Source of the DNA: Candidatus Jorgensenbacteria bacterium
Lineage (GTDB): Bacteria > Patescibacteriota > Minisyncoccia > UBA6257 > GWB1-50-10
Length of the DNA: 54,985 nucleotides
Reading direction: 5' to 3'
Assembly: GCA_030648515.1 (NCBI GenBank)
Contig: JAUSHK010000004.1
Coordinates: 1 to 54,985 of the forward strand
Within the stretch, counting starts at the first letter, position 1, and the number at the start of each line of letters is the position of its first letter. Shown here one piece after another: positions 1-8,945 of this stretch. The position numbers and the translations under genes are program-made. The notes under the pieces were generated by a model, which was given only the letters and a program-made list of their open reading frames with translations, had not been told where the DNA came from and searched no databases.

Positions 1-1
1 G

Positions 2-142
2 CTTGGAAGCCTCACTTACGAAGTAACTGAGACTAACCTTGGATATGACGCCGATCTTAGCGGAGGAGCTTTGGCAGGCAACATTGTGGGCCTCTACGTT
101 GACGGTACCCCGACACTCGAAACTGTCACAGCGAAGACATAG
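2..142 (+). CDS. 3' end of an upstream gene (C-terminal 46 aa, ...LGYDADLSGGALAGNIVGLYVDGTPTLETVTAKT*), function unknown
   Basis: Frame 2 is open from the window edge to TAG at 140-142. A strong hairpin terminator follows at 181-212. Confidence 0.35.
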   Translation, partial: LGSLTYEVTETNLGYDADLSGGALAGNIVGLYVDGTPTLETVTAKT

Positions 143-180
143 TCTTTGTTGTTCTGAACCTGCTAAGAGAGATCTTACAA

Positions 181-212
181 AGAACCCCCGAGAGGGGGTT
201 CTTTGTTTTCTT
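181..212 (+). terminator. Rho-independent terminator
   Basis: agaaccccc-gaga-gggggttct perfect 9-bp stem followed by ttgttttctt. Confidence 0.7.
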
Positions 213-368
213 ATTTCCTATGACTTCGCCAACTGACAGATGTTGTGGAAATTGTTTTGCGTAAATTAATTAGTGCCGGAATTTATCCACAGTTTTTTTA
301 TTCAGAAATAAGTAATGTGATACAATAAAGCCAACGCTTAGAGGTTTAGAAACCATGGCGTAGATGAA

Positions 369-737
369 ATGGGCAGTACAGCCAGAAAAAAGTTTTGGAT
401 AGTACTTGTTTTGGTGGCGCTAATTTTAATAGCGGCCTATCTTGTTTTTATTAAATTCACGCTTGAACGTTCGTATTCTGTTGTGTATCTCGCAACAGGG
501 GAAACGTACGTTGGGAAATTATCATATTTCCCGCGGTTATATCTTACGGATGGGTATCGAGTTGACGCAGTTATCGATAGCGGAAGCGCTCTAAATAAAA
601 GCAATATTCAGCTCGTACCGTTGGAAAAAATGATGTGGGCGCCAAGCGGATTGTATATTAATAAATATCAGGTCGTATTTTACGGCCCCCTACAAAGCAG
701 TAGCGAAATTGCTGAGTTGCTCAATAAACAGAAATAA
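369..737 (+). CDS. Small N-terminally membrane-anchored protein, unknown function; paralog of 46380..46841
   Basis: One N-terminal TM (FWIVLVLVALILIAAYLVFI). Shares the motif VYL-TG-xY-GKL...W-P...IN..VV with the 46380 ORF. Confidence 0.65.
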   Translation: MGSTARKKFWIVLVLVALILIAAYLVFIKFTLERSYSVVYLATGETYVGKLSYFPRLYLTDGYRVDAVIDSGSALNKSNIQLVPLEKMMWAPSGLYINKYQVVFYGPLQSSSEIAELLNKQK

Positions 738-815
738 ATGATTCCAACAATATTAAAGGTCGGGAATATGTAAAAATGTTTAATACACAAAAAGGTCGTA
801 AAAAAGTAAATAATA

Positions 816-1601
816 ATGAATAAAAAATCTATTTCTATGAGAAAAAGTATATTGCTTATTTTAGCTGTTGCTCTTTTGGTCGGTTTGGGTATGGGGGCCT
901 CGGCGGTAGTGCAGGCCGCGCTTACCATTAAAGCCGATGCTATTAATGGCGATACCGCAGTTTCTATAAACGGTATTGCTACAACGACGTATGCACTTGG
1001 TACGTCGACGACAAGCGGCACAATCGTAATCGGTGGCGAGGCGCAAACCGGCGCGCTTACTGTTGGTTCAAGCTCTGGCGCGAATACGGTAAACGTAGGG
1101 ACTGGTGCTGGTGCAACTACCGTAAATGTTGCAACTGGTGCCGGAGGAAATACGGTAAATATCGCTACTGGAGCCACGGCTGGGAAGTTAATAAAGATTG
1201 GTACCGGCTTGGTTGCAAACCAAGTAATGATAGGTACTCGGACAGGTGCGGCATCAACCACGATTCAGGCTGGCACCGGACAGATTATGTTTAAGGGGCA
1301 GTTGACAACAGTGGCGACGTCGGGGCTTATCGCGTATCCAGGGACTGCTACCACGACAGCGACGTCAAATGACACTGCTGGCACGGTGACAGCTCAAGCA
1401 ACGTCGCACGTCTATACTGGCGTTGGGTTTTCGGCAACATATGGCACTGCGCCAAGGTGTGTCGTTACCCCCGGTGATGTTGTTACCGCGGCTTTCGCGA
1501 CAACAACGTATGTTGGCACAACGGCGACATCCGTGACTATTTATCATGCGACTTCAGCCGAAGCGCTTGTGTTTACCTACTTCTGCGTAGGAACCGAGTA
1601 A
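816..1601 (+). CDS. Secreted or surface Gly/Thr/Ala-rich repeat protein (11-aa repeats G-x-x-N/T-T-V-N-V/I-G/A-T-G-A), C-terminal Thr-rich domain with two Cys
   Basis: Signal/TM-like N-terminus (ILLILAVALLVGLGMGASAVVQA). Four tandem 11-aa repeats. No enzymatic motif recognised. Confidence 0.7.
   Translation: MNKKSISMRKSILLILAVALLVGLGMGASAVVQAALTIKADAINGDTAVSINGIATTTYALGTSTTSGTIVIGGEAQTGALTVGSSSGANTVNVGTGAGATTVNVATGAGGNTVNIATGATAGKLIKIGTGLVANQVMIGTRTGAASTTIQAGTGQIMFKGQLTTVATSGLIAYPGTATTTATSNDTAGTVTAQATSHVYTGVGFSATYGTAPRCVVTPGDVVTAAFATTTYVGTTATSVTIYHATSAEALVFTYFCVGTE
1077..1208 (+). repeat. Four imperfect tandem 33-bp coding repeats
   Basis: Units at 1077-1109, 1110-1142, 1143-1175 and 1176-1208 encode GANTVNVGTGA / GATTVNVATGA / GGNTVNIATGA / TAGKLIKIGTG. 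Confidence 0.7.
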
Positions 1602-1645
1602 GGTAAGTAAATTTCCATTTCATCTATCGCGTTTGTTTGTTAAGA

Positions 1646-1715
1646 GTGAGGCCGGGGCTGCTTAGCTACTTTCTCAATCGGGTAAAGGTCGGCTAAGCAT
1701 CCGGTATTATCTCAC
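1646..1715 (+). other. Long interrupted hairpin in the intergenic region (no U-tract)
   Basis: gtgag/ctcac, ccgg/ccgg and gcttagc/gctaagc pair around a ~25-nt loop. Confidence 0.3.
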
Positions 1716-1742
1716 TGCAACTCAGAAGAATAAGAAACATAA

Positions 1743-2678
1743 ATGATAAGAAAGAATGTAAAAAAGTACATAGGAATACTTGCGCTCGGGGCGCTAATTG
1801 TCGCAGTAGCGGGAACTGCTCCTGCCGCGGAGGCTGCGTACAATAGTGTTACGTTTGCTGCGGAAACTCCGCTTTTGGTCGCCGGCGAGACGCTCTACGT
1901 CTTGAATGGAGGCACTGCGGTGAGTTATACAATTAACTCAACCTCGGTTGTTTTTGAGATGGCGGCCACCTCTTCTATAACAGTACGGTCGCTCGCGAAG
2001 AAGGTGTTGAATACGACTCCTTCCGACGCTTATAGTTGTGCCTCAACGTTTTCGTCAGCTAGTCGGACATCAACCGCGACGGAAACGTTTACGATTACTC
2101 CGACAAATACCACGTGTTCCATCACGGCAGGCGGTGGAGGAGGAACGGCGGCGTCTAGCGGCGGCACAACTCCGGCCGCGACTCCAGCCGTGGTGACAAC
2201 AACTCCAGCTCCTGTTACGACTCCAGCTCCTGTTACGACCCCTGTTGCGACTACTCCAGCCGTAACATCAGCCACTCCGACTGTTCAAATAACATCAGCG
2301 CAGCAATTCGTGAAACGCCTGAGCGTTGGATCAAAAGGATCCGATGTTCAGCAGCTGCAAGAGATGCTTTTGAATAACGGAGTATATCCGGAAGGCATTA
2401 TTACCGGCTACTACGGTTCTCTTACACGAACAGCAGTTCAGACATTTCAGGAGAAATATGGAATTGCGAATCAAGGAGACCCAGGATACGGTGACGTTGG
2501 TCCGAACACGCGAGCCAAGCTGAACGAGATTGTCAGCTCGGGAGCATCTCCTGCGGCGGCTACTTCCGCGCAATCAGCGGTTAATACCCAGCTCCAAGCA
2601 CAGATACAGTCATTGCAAGAACAGCTGGTCATGCTTCTCGCGGAGCTCGCAAAACAGCTACAATCCCAAGTTCAATAG
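1743..2678 (+). CDS. Secreted protein with Thr/Pro-rich linker, peptidoglycan-binding (PG_binding_1-like) domain and Gln-rich coiled-coil tail
   Basis: Signal peptide ending AAEA. Linker TTPAPVTTPAPVTTPVATTPAVT. GSKGSDVQQLQEMLLNNGVYPEGIITGYYGSLTRTAVQTFQEKYG matches the PG-binding helical repeat. Confidence 0.75.
   Translation: MIRKNVKKYIGILALGALIVAVAGTAPAAEAAYNSVTFAAETPLLVAGETLYVLNGGTAVSYTINSTSVVFEMAATSSITVRSLAKKVLNTTPSDAYSCASTFSSASRTSTATETFTITPTNTTCSITAGGGGGTAASSGGTTPAATPAVVTTTPAPVTTPAPVTTPVATTPAVTSATPTVQITSAQQFVKRLSVGSKGSDVQQLQEMLLNNGVYPEGIITGYYGSLTRTAVQTFQEKYGIANQGDPGYGDVGPNTRAKLNEIVSSGASPAAATSAQSAVNTQLQAQIQSLQEQLVMLLAELAKQLQSQVQ
2202..2237 (+). repeat. Perfect in-frame 18-bp tandem duplication (actccagctcctgttacg x2, TPAPVT x2)
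   Basis: Identical units at 2202-2219 and 2220-2237, followed by a degenerate third copy. Confidence 0.9.
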
Positions 2679-2712
2679 TAGTGATGGGTAAAAAGAGTTT
2701 GTTGCTGTATTA

Positions 2713-2753
2713 AAAACAGCCTCGGCGTAACCCGCCATGGCTGTTTTGTTTTC
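2713..2753 (+). terminator. Putative Rho-independent terminator
   Basis: aacagcc...ggctgtt stem (17-nt loop) followed by ttgttttc. Confidence 0.45.
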
Positions 2754-2794
2754 TGTTGCGGCCGTAAGATAAAGGCGGTACAATAAGTCCGCTA

Positions 2795-4156
2795 ATGAAA
2801 AACTATTTTACAGTAGCCAAATTCCTCCTCGTGTTTCCCGTGGTAGGAATTGTCGTTGTTACAGTTTCAACGCTCTTTCCGTTTATTGTCGGGAAATATG
2901 TTTTATTCCGGACAAGCGTTGATCTTTCACTTATCGTATTTTTGCTCGGTTTGTTGTTTCAGGACGCTGAAGGAATTATGTTGCGCAGAGTTTTCGCCGT
3001 GCTTAAGCGGCCGCTTGTTGTAGCGGTTTCCATTTTCGTCGCTATTTTTCTTCTCGCCAGCTTTTTTGCTTTTGACCCAATGATGGCGTTCTGGTCCAAT
3101 TTTGAGCGCGGGGAAGGCGGGTTACAGCTTCTACATCTATGGTTATTTTTTGTGCTTCTTGTAACTCTTTTCCGCGAAAAAAAGGACTGGCGAATGATTT
3201 TTTGGTGGACGATTGTTGGGGGAGCGCTCTCGGGAATTTATGGGATATTCGCCGGATTAGGCGTTTCGGGGTTTATTGGAGCGCTTTTCAGTGATCCTGG
3301 ATTTCGTTTTCAGGGCTCAATCGGCAATCCCGCATATGTTGCGGCATATGCAATTTTTCTGCTGTTTTATGTCTTTTATCTCCTTTCCAGCGAGTACCGG
3401 CGCAGACTAATGTCCCCGGGCGGGATTATTTTACTGATTCTTGGGGCTGGGTTTTTGGGAATGTTTTTCTCAGCAGCGACACGTGGCGCGTTTCTCGGGC
3501 TTATTGCGGCTGTTCTTGTGTTTTTGCTTTATGTTATGTATTCGCATAAGAAGTGGCGCAGGTGGATGATTGTTGCCAGTTTATTGATCGTGGCAGTAGT
3601 CGGTTCTTTCGTGTATTTCAAAGACACTACTTTTGTAAAGTCCATTCCTGGTTCGCGCATATTCGATATTTCTTTTAAAACCGAAACATTCCAAGATCGC
3701 GCGACAATGTGGAAAATAGCATTAGATGGATTCAGGGACCAGCCGCTTTTAGGGTGGGGTCCCGAAAATTATCTAAATATATTTGACAGGCGTTTTAATA
3801 TAGAATATTTTGCGCCGAGTGCCGGATTTGGCGCCTGGTTTGATAGGGCGCACAGCGTTTACTTTGACTATCTTGCCGAAACAGGAATCCTCGGGTTCCT
3901 GAGTTTCTTGAGCATTTTCGTTGTGTTCTACTGGCAATTTATCCGATTTAGCAAAAAGCAATTTTCATTGCAGGGCAACAGCAATAGAGTTTCCTACGTA
4001 CCTATTTTGGAACGGGGGCTTTTATCCGCAATTCTTGTCGCGTATCTTGTGCAGGGACTTGTACTTTTTGACGTATACACGATTTATATAAATTTGTATC
4101 TTCTTCTCGCGTTTTCAGCGTTTACATTTCAAGAAACATTGGGAACTCATAACTAA
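2795..4156 (+). CDS. O-antigen ligase / Wzy_C-family polytopic membrane protein (ligase, polymerase or O-oligosaccharyltransferase)
   Basis: At least 10 hydrophobic segments. AATRGAFLGLIAAVLVF and RATMWKIALDGFRDQPLLGWGPENY are typical of the Wzy_C domain. Confidence 0.8.
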   Translation: MKNYFTVAKFLLVFPVVGIVVVTVSTLFPFIVGKYVLFRTSVDLSLIVFLLGLLFQDAEGIMLRRVFAVLKRPLVVAVSIFVAIFLLASFFAFDPMMAFWSNFERGEGGLQLLHLWLFFVLLVTLFREKKDWRMIFWWTIVGGALSGIYGIFAGLGVSGFIGALFSDPGFRFQGSIGNPAYVAAYAIFLLFYVFYLLSSEYRRRLMSPGGIILLILGAGFLGMFFSAATRGAFLGLIAAVLVFLLYVMYSHKKWRRWMIVASLLIVAVVGSFVYFKDTTFVKSIPGSRIFDISFKTETFQDRATMWKIALDGFRDQPLLGWGPENYLNIFDRRFNIEYFAPSAGFGAWFDRAHSVYFDYLAETGILGFLSFLSIFVVFYWQFIRFSKKQFSLQGNSNRVSYVPILERGLLSAILVAYLVQGLVLFDVYTIYINLYLLLAFSAFTFQETLGTHN

Positions 4157-4167
4157 CACTTTGTATT

Positions 4168-4746
4168 ATGTTTAAACAAATAGTCGCAACTGTTCTTATC
4201 GCATTCGCAATTTTATCAATATATTTCGGGTCGTACCTCCCACTTTCGAAGGCACAGAAATATGTTGAAGCACTTCGTGCCGCGCGCTCATCCGCGCGAA
4301 GCATCAGTGATTTTAAAATGCTTTTTAACATCCCGCTTGATTTTTATTCCCCGATTGGCAACGAAGAGGTGATAAAATTTCTTAGCATAGATATCTTAAA
4401 CGCGATTACGCAAAAACAGCCTGAGGAAATAAACCGCTCGCTCGTTGAGTATATTGAACCGCATATGTTTAAAAATGACGTGCGGCACCTCATTATTCTT
4501 GGGCAGATGTACGCGATTTTATGGAGAGAATATGGGAATAAGGAAGATTATCTGAAGTCGGAGTCATATCAGCAAATGGCGCTTGCGATCGGGCCCAATC
4601 TTCCGCCGGTGCTTTATGGGCTGCTTGATATATATCAGGCGAGCGGGGATAAGGTAAAACTTATGGAGATTGCCAAAACAATTGTTAAATATTGGCCTGA
4701 AGATGAGGGCGTGCAAAAAGTTATTAAAAAACTCAACGGTCAATAA
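4168..4746 (+). CDS. Membrane-anchored helical (TPR-like) protein, unknown function
   Basis: Single N-terminal TM. The rest is predicted helical. Lies 12 nt downstream of the Wzy_C gene. Confidence 0.6.
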   Translation: MFKQIVATVLIAFAILSIYFGSYLPLSKAQKYVEALRAARSSARSISDFKMLFNIPLDFYSPIGNEEVIKFLSIDILNAITQKQPEEINRSLVEYIEPHMFKNDVRHLIILGQMYAILWREYGNKEDYLKSESYQQMALAIGPNLPPVLYGLLDIYQASGDKVKLMEIAKTIVKYWPEDEGVQKVIKKLNGQ

Positions 4747-4842
4747 GGCGCGGTCTGTAAAATTCTGTGTTTGCTTATATTGCGCGGCGCAGGATTATTG
4801 TAGCGGATTACTGACAGCGGAGAGCGCCGACGCGGTAAATAT

Positions 4843-5898
4843 ATGAAAACGCTTTTTCTTGTTTCTAATCTTAATAATGTAGGCGGCATCCAGAGATATT
4901 GCCGCGATTTTCTTTCCGCTCTTTCAGAGTCGTCGTCTGTTTCCAAGGTAGAGCTTAAAAAAAGCTCTCCTTTCTGGAAAATTGTTTTTATTATAACTGC
5001 GTGCGCCGCCATTTTTAAAAATAGCCCGCGCCTTATTGTGTGCGCCCATATCAATTTTTCTCCGCTGTGCCACTTTTTACGGAAGGTTTTTGGCGTGGAA
5101 TATATTGTTTTAACATACGGCATCGAAGTGTGGAATATAAAGAGTTCCCTTAAGAAAAAATCGTTGCGGTCGGCGCAAAAAATAATCACAATTTCTCAAT
5201 TTACGAAGCGGAAACTCACTGAGCAATTTCCAGAGTTAGAAAGCAAAATTAGCATAGTGAGCAACGCCGTTGACGGCGCGGAATTCTCAATTGATTCGAA
5301 GCCGGACGATATTTCACGTAAGCTCGGCGTTACAGGAAATAAGGTTGTTCTCACGGTGTGCCGGCTTTCTGCGCAGGAAACGTATAAGGGATACGAGAAA
5401 ATAATTGGAATTTTGCCGGCAATAATCAAAGAGATTCCTGATGTAAAATATGTTCTCGCGGGAAGTGGAAATGATTCGGACCATATTCGCTCCATGGTGC
5501 ATAATTTACAACTAGATAAATATGTAATCATGCCCGGGTACGTTCCTGATGGTGAGCTTGCCTCATACTATAATCTTTGCGACGCGTTTATTATGCTTTC
5601 TAAAAGCGAGGGGCTCGGATTTGTATTTCTTGAAGCGCTTGCTTGCGGGAGACCGGTTATTGCCGGCAACCAAGATGGCTCGCGGGAGGCGGTTTTAAAT
5701 GGGGAGATTGGGGTTTTAGTTGACCCTGATAATGACGACGAGATAACGCGTGCAATAGTTGATGTTTTAAAAGGAAACGCCGATCAGAAATTTTTAAACA
5801 GGGAGTATTTGCGCAATAAAGTTCTAGAAGCTTATAGTGTCAAGACATTTAAGGAAAGAGTAGGGATGTTGCTTGATTTGAAAACCGATCGGAAATGA
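4843..5898 (+). CDS. Glycosyltransferase family 4 (GT-B)
   Basis: E-x7-E region SEGLGFVFLEALACGRPVIAGNQDGSREAV. Confidence 0.85.
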   Translation: MKTLFLVSNLNNVGGIQRYCRDFLSALSESSSVSKVELKKSSPFWKIVFIITACAAIFKNSPRLIVCAHINFSPLCHFLRKVFGVEYIVLTYGIEVWNIKSSLKKKSLRSAQKIITISQFTKRKLTEQFPELESKISIVSNAVDGAEFSIDSKPDDISRKLGVTGNKVVLTVCRLSAQETYKGYEKIIGILPAIIKEIPDVKYVLAGSGNDSDHIRSMVHNLQLDKYVIMPGYVPDGELASYYNLCDAFIMLSKSEGLGFVFLEALACGRPVIAGNQDGSREAVLNGEIGVLVDPDNDDEITRAIVDVLKGNADQKFLNREYLRNKVLEAYSVKTFKERVGMLLDLKTDRK

Positions 5899-7151
5899 TG
5901 GTTTTTGAACATGGCATATTTATACCAATGAAAAAATACAGACTGGCAATTTTAGTTTCTCATCCAATACCATACTTAGTCCCGCTTTTTAGGAGGCTCG
6001 CGGAAAGCCCTGACCTTGATGTGATGGTTTATTATTGTTGGAATTCCGGAGCGGGTAAAGAAGTGTACGACCCGGGGTTCGGAATGAAAATCAAGTGGGA
6101 CACTCCGCTTCTCACCGGATACTCATACAAATTTTTGAGAAATATTTCGCCCCAAAAAACATCCACAAAGGCGTGGGGAGAAATAAATCCAGGGATAGTT
6201 AAAGAGCTTCTCTTTGGCCATTATGACGCGCTCATGGTTCATGGGTATATGTTCGTAACGGATTGGCTCGCATTTTTTACTGCTTGGATAACAAGGACGC
6301 CGATTCTTTTGCGCGGAGAATCTCATATGTTGCGGCCAAGGCCGCTTTGGAGGAAAATTTTTAAGAAGCTTGTGTTTAAATTATTATTTAAGGGAATCTC
6401 GTGTTTTCTTACTGTCGGCACATTAAACAGGGAATTTTACGAATATTATGGCGCAAATCCTAAAAAGTTCTTTAAGGTTCCGTATGCCGTGGATGAGCGA
6501 TTTATGAGCGCTGAAGCGCAAAAGAAAAATGAGTATCGCGAAGAGTTGAAGAAAGAACTTGGGATTGATGCTGAAACGGTTGTCATTTCATATGTGGGGA
6601 AAATTTTTGGCGGCAAGGGGCCCGGGGCGTTTGATTTGCTTAAATCTTTTGAAATTATGGAAAACAGGGACAAGGCGGCCCTTGTGTTTGTTGGTGACGG
6701 GCGCGAGAAGAAGATTTTAGAGGAGTATGTAGAAAAGAATGCTATCCCGGGAGTCATTTTTGCGGGATTTAAAAATCAAACAGAACTTCCAAAATATTAC
6801 AGCGCGACCGATATTCTTGTCGCGCCGTCATATACGGATCAGTGGGGGCTTGGAATAAATGAGGCTATGTATTTTGGTACTGCTATAGTTTCTTCCGACC
6901 AAGTCGGGGCGGCTCGCGACCTTGTTCGCGAAGGAAAGAACGGGAATTTGTTTTCTCCGGGCGACGTCGCAAAATTAAAGAAAATATTGGAAAATCTCGT
7001 GCGTAATAAAAATCTTCGCGTTTCCATGCAGCAAGAATCTCAGAAAATAATCAAAGAATGGAGTCTGGATGCCGGCGTGCGCGGCATTATTTCCGCAGTT
7101 CATTACGTAAAGCCGAGAGAACATGGGAGTTGCTCTTGCGCGGACGATTAA
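5895..7151 (+). CDS. Glycosyltransferase family 4-like (GT-B)
   Basis: DQWGLGINEAMYFGTAIVSSDQVGAARDLVREGKNGNLF. ATGA overlap with the upstream gene. Confidence 0.8.
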   Translation: MMVFEHGIFIPMKKYRLAILVSHPIPYLVPLFRRLAESPDLDVMVYYCWNSGAGKEVYDPGFGMKIKWDTPLLTGYSYKFLRNISPQKTSTKAWGEINPGIVKELLFGHYDALMVHGYMFVTDWLAFFTAWITRTPILLRGESHMLRPRPLWRKIFKKLVFKLLFKGISCFLTVGTLNREFYEYYGANPKKFFKVPYAVDERFMSAEAQKKNEYREELKKELGIDAETVVISYVGKIFGGKGPGAFDLLKSFEIMENRDKAALVFVGDGREKKILEEYVEKNAIPGVIFAGFKNQTELPKYYSATDILVAPSYTDQWGLGINEAMYFGTAIVSSDQVGAARDLVREGKNGNLFSPGDVAKLKKILENLVRNKNLRVSMQQESQKIIKEWSLDAGVRGIISAVHYVKPREHGSCSCADD

Positions 7152-7155
7152 ACAA

Positions 7156-7776
7156 ATGTTTCTTTTTAATAAAAGCTCAGGAATAAAATATCTCGCAAAG
7201 CGGGCCGTGGAATTTCTTACGCGATATGCTATCCGATATCACGTGCCGCCACGCGAAAATAAGGGGCCGCTTTTTACTTTTGACGACGGACCGCTTCCCT
7301 CTACGCTTGGCATTTTAGATATTCTTGATGAATACAAGGAAAAGGCCGTGTTCTTTTTAGTCGCTGAAAACGTTCAAAAATATCCCCAGATAGCCGCTGA
7401 GATAGCCAGGAGGGGGCACTCCATAGGATCGCATGGCTTTCGCCATATCAATATGAAAAAGTTGTCTTTGTCGGAGTTTTCGCGCCAGATAAAAGAAAGC
7501 TTTGATATTGTAGAGAAAACATGTAAAATCAAAACCAGATATTTCAGGCCGCCCTTCGGACAAATCAGTTTGATCCAGGCGATTTGGCTTTTAATGAGGG
7601 GGACGATAGTATTTTTTTGGTCGTGCGGCGTTTCACAATCAGGAGAAATCGACTTTATAAATCCTGGAATTGAAAAAAATAAAAAGCTTTATTTAAACAA
7701 GAATCCATTGATTGTTTTATTGCATGATTATATGCAGCCGGACATAATCAGGGCCGGTTTAAAAAAACTAAAATAA
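7156..7776 (+). CDS. Polysaccharide deacetylase (NodB homology domain)
   Basis: NodB motifs TFDDGP, SHGFRH and YFRPPFG. An alternative start at 7123 would overlap the upstream gene by 29 nt. Confidence 0.75.
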   Translation: MFLFNKSSGIKYLAKRAVEFLTRYAIRYHVPPRENKGPLFTFDDGPLPSTLGILDILDEYKEKAVFFLVAENVQKYPQIAAEIARRGHSIGSHGFRHINMKKLSLSEFSRQIKESFDIVEKTCKIKTRYFRPPFGQISLIQAIWLLMRGTIVFFWSCGVSQSGEIDFINPGIEKNKKLYLNKNPLIVLLHDYMQPDIIRAGLKKLK

Positions 7777-7792
7777 CCAAATTAAAAATAAG

Positions 7793-8827
7793 ATGAAAGT
7801 AATCATAGTTGGAAAAGGGGCAAGGGGAGGAGTAGAGTCTTTTATTCTGAAAGCCTTTATTCAGTCGGGGGTAGAGACCAAGTTTTTAGATTCTGATAAG
7901 TATTTTGCACAGTCCGTGTTTAATAGGATTTTTAATAAAATTCGCAGAACCCCGAAGTACTGGGGCGTTAAAAGTTTTAATGATGCCGTTATAAAAGAAG
8001 CCGAGGAATTTACTCCTGATTTTATTTTATTTTTCAAGCCAGTGCTTATTCTTCCATCGACACTCGTAAAGCTAAAAGCCGTCACTAAAACTTTTTCATG
8101 GTATCCGGATTATATCCCGACTAAAAAATCAGCGAGCACGTATTTTTTTGACTCGATTCCTCTCTATGATTGCCATCTTTCTTTTAATTTTGCGAACGTA
8201 GAGGAGCTTAAAAAACTCGGAGCCAAGCGCTCGCTTTTTCTTCCTTGCGCCGCCGATCTTGACTGCCACGGGCCGGTGGCCGCCTCCGACGAAGAGAAAA
8301 AAGAACTGGGCGCCGATATTGTTTTTATGGGAACTTACGCAAATGAAAAACGCGCGGAATATCTGGAGCGGCTTTGTAAGGATGGCTATGACATTAAAAT
8401 ATACGGAGACGGATGGGAAAAACATCCCAAGAATTCTTGTCTTAGGCAAAAAAACTGCATTCAATTCAAGGCGCTTTATTGCAAGGATATGTCGAAAGTT
8501 CTAAATTCGAGCAAGATCTCGCTTTCTTTTGTAAGGGAATACAACAAAAAAGTGGTTACCTTTTGTTGCAGGATATACGAGATACCTGCCAGCGGGGGTT
8601 TTATGTTGCATCAGAGAGCATTAAAAACAGACGAGGTATTTAAAGAAGGGGAAGAGGCCGCCTTCTTCTCCTCATATGAAGAGATGAGAGAAAAAATTGA
8701 TTTTTATTTAAAAAATGAGGAGTTGAGGAAAAAAATAGTACAAAAAGGAAAAGAAAGAGTGCTGCGCGAGTACCTTTTCATTCACAGAGTTCAGAGCATC
8801 ATTGAGATTTTTAAAGAATTAAAATAA
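7793..8827 (+). CDS. CgeB-family / DUF3880-type glycosyltransferase-like protein
   Basis: C-terminal RIYEIPASGGFMLHQR...FKEGEEAAFFSSYEEMREKIDFYLKNEELRKKI pattern typical of CgeB-like GT1_2 domains. Confidence 0.6.
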   Translation: MKVIIVGKGARGGVESFILKAFIQSGVETKFLDSDKYFAQSVFNRIFNKIRRTPKYWGVKSFNDAVIKEAEEFTPDFILFFKPVLILPSTLVKLKAVTKTFSWYPDYIPTKKSASTYFFDSIPLYDCHLSFNFANVEELKKLGAKRSLFLPCAADLDCHGPVAASDEEKKELGADIVFMGTYANEKRAEYLERLCKDGYDIKIYGDGWEKHPKNSCLRQKNCIQFKALYCKDMSKVLNSSKISLSFVREYNKKVVTFCCRIYEIPASGGFMLHQRALKTDEVFKEGEEAAFFSSYEEMREKIDFYLKNEELRKKIVQKGKERVLREYLFIHRVQSIIEIFKELK

Positions 8828-8877
8828 TTCATAAAAGCGGCGCGCTTATCGAGGCGCAGAGAAAGCCGCAATAAAAA

Positions 8878-8920
8878 ATACCCCATAACGGGCTTGACGC
8901 GGGGTATTGTTGAAGTTTTT
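8878..8920 (+). terminator. Possible terminator
   Basis: atacccc...ggggtat stem (16-nt loop) followed by tgttgaagttttt. Confidence 0.35.
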
Positions 8921-8945
8921 AGGCGCCTGATGTAGGATACAGGGC

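Noticed and set aside
39-236. 65-aa ORF from the track at the window start
   Set aside because: It overlaps the more plausible frame-2 gene end (stop at 140-142) and runs straight through the terminator hairpin at 181-212. It has no SD and its composition is implausible.
680-1261. 193-aa minus-strand ORF antisense to the Gly/Thr repeat protein
   Set aside because: It is a shadow ORF created by the low-complexity GGN/ACN repeat on the coding strand. The + strand gene has a signal peptide and periodic repeats, and the antisense product is Pro/Val/Ala-rich without features.
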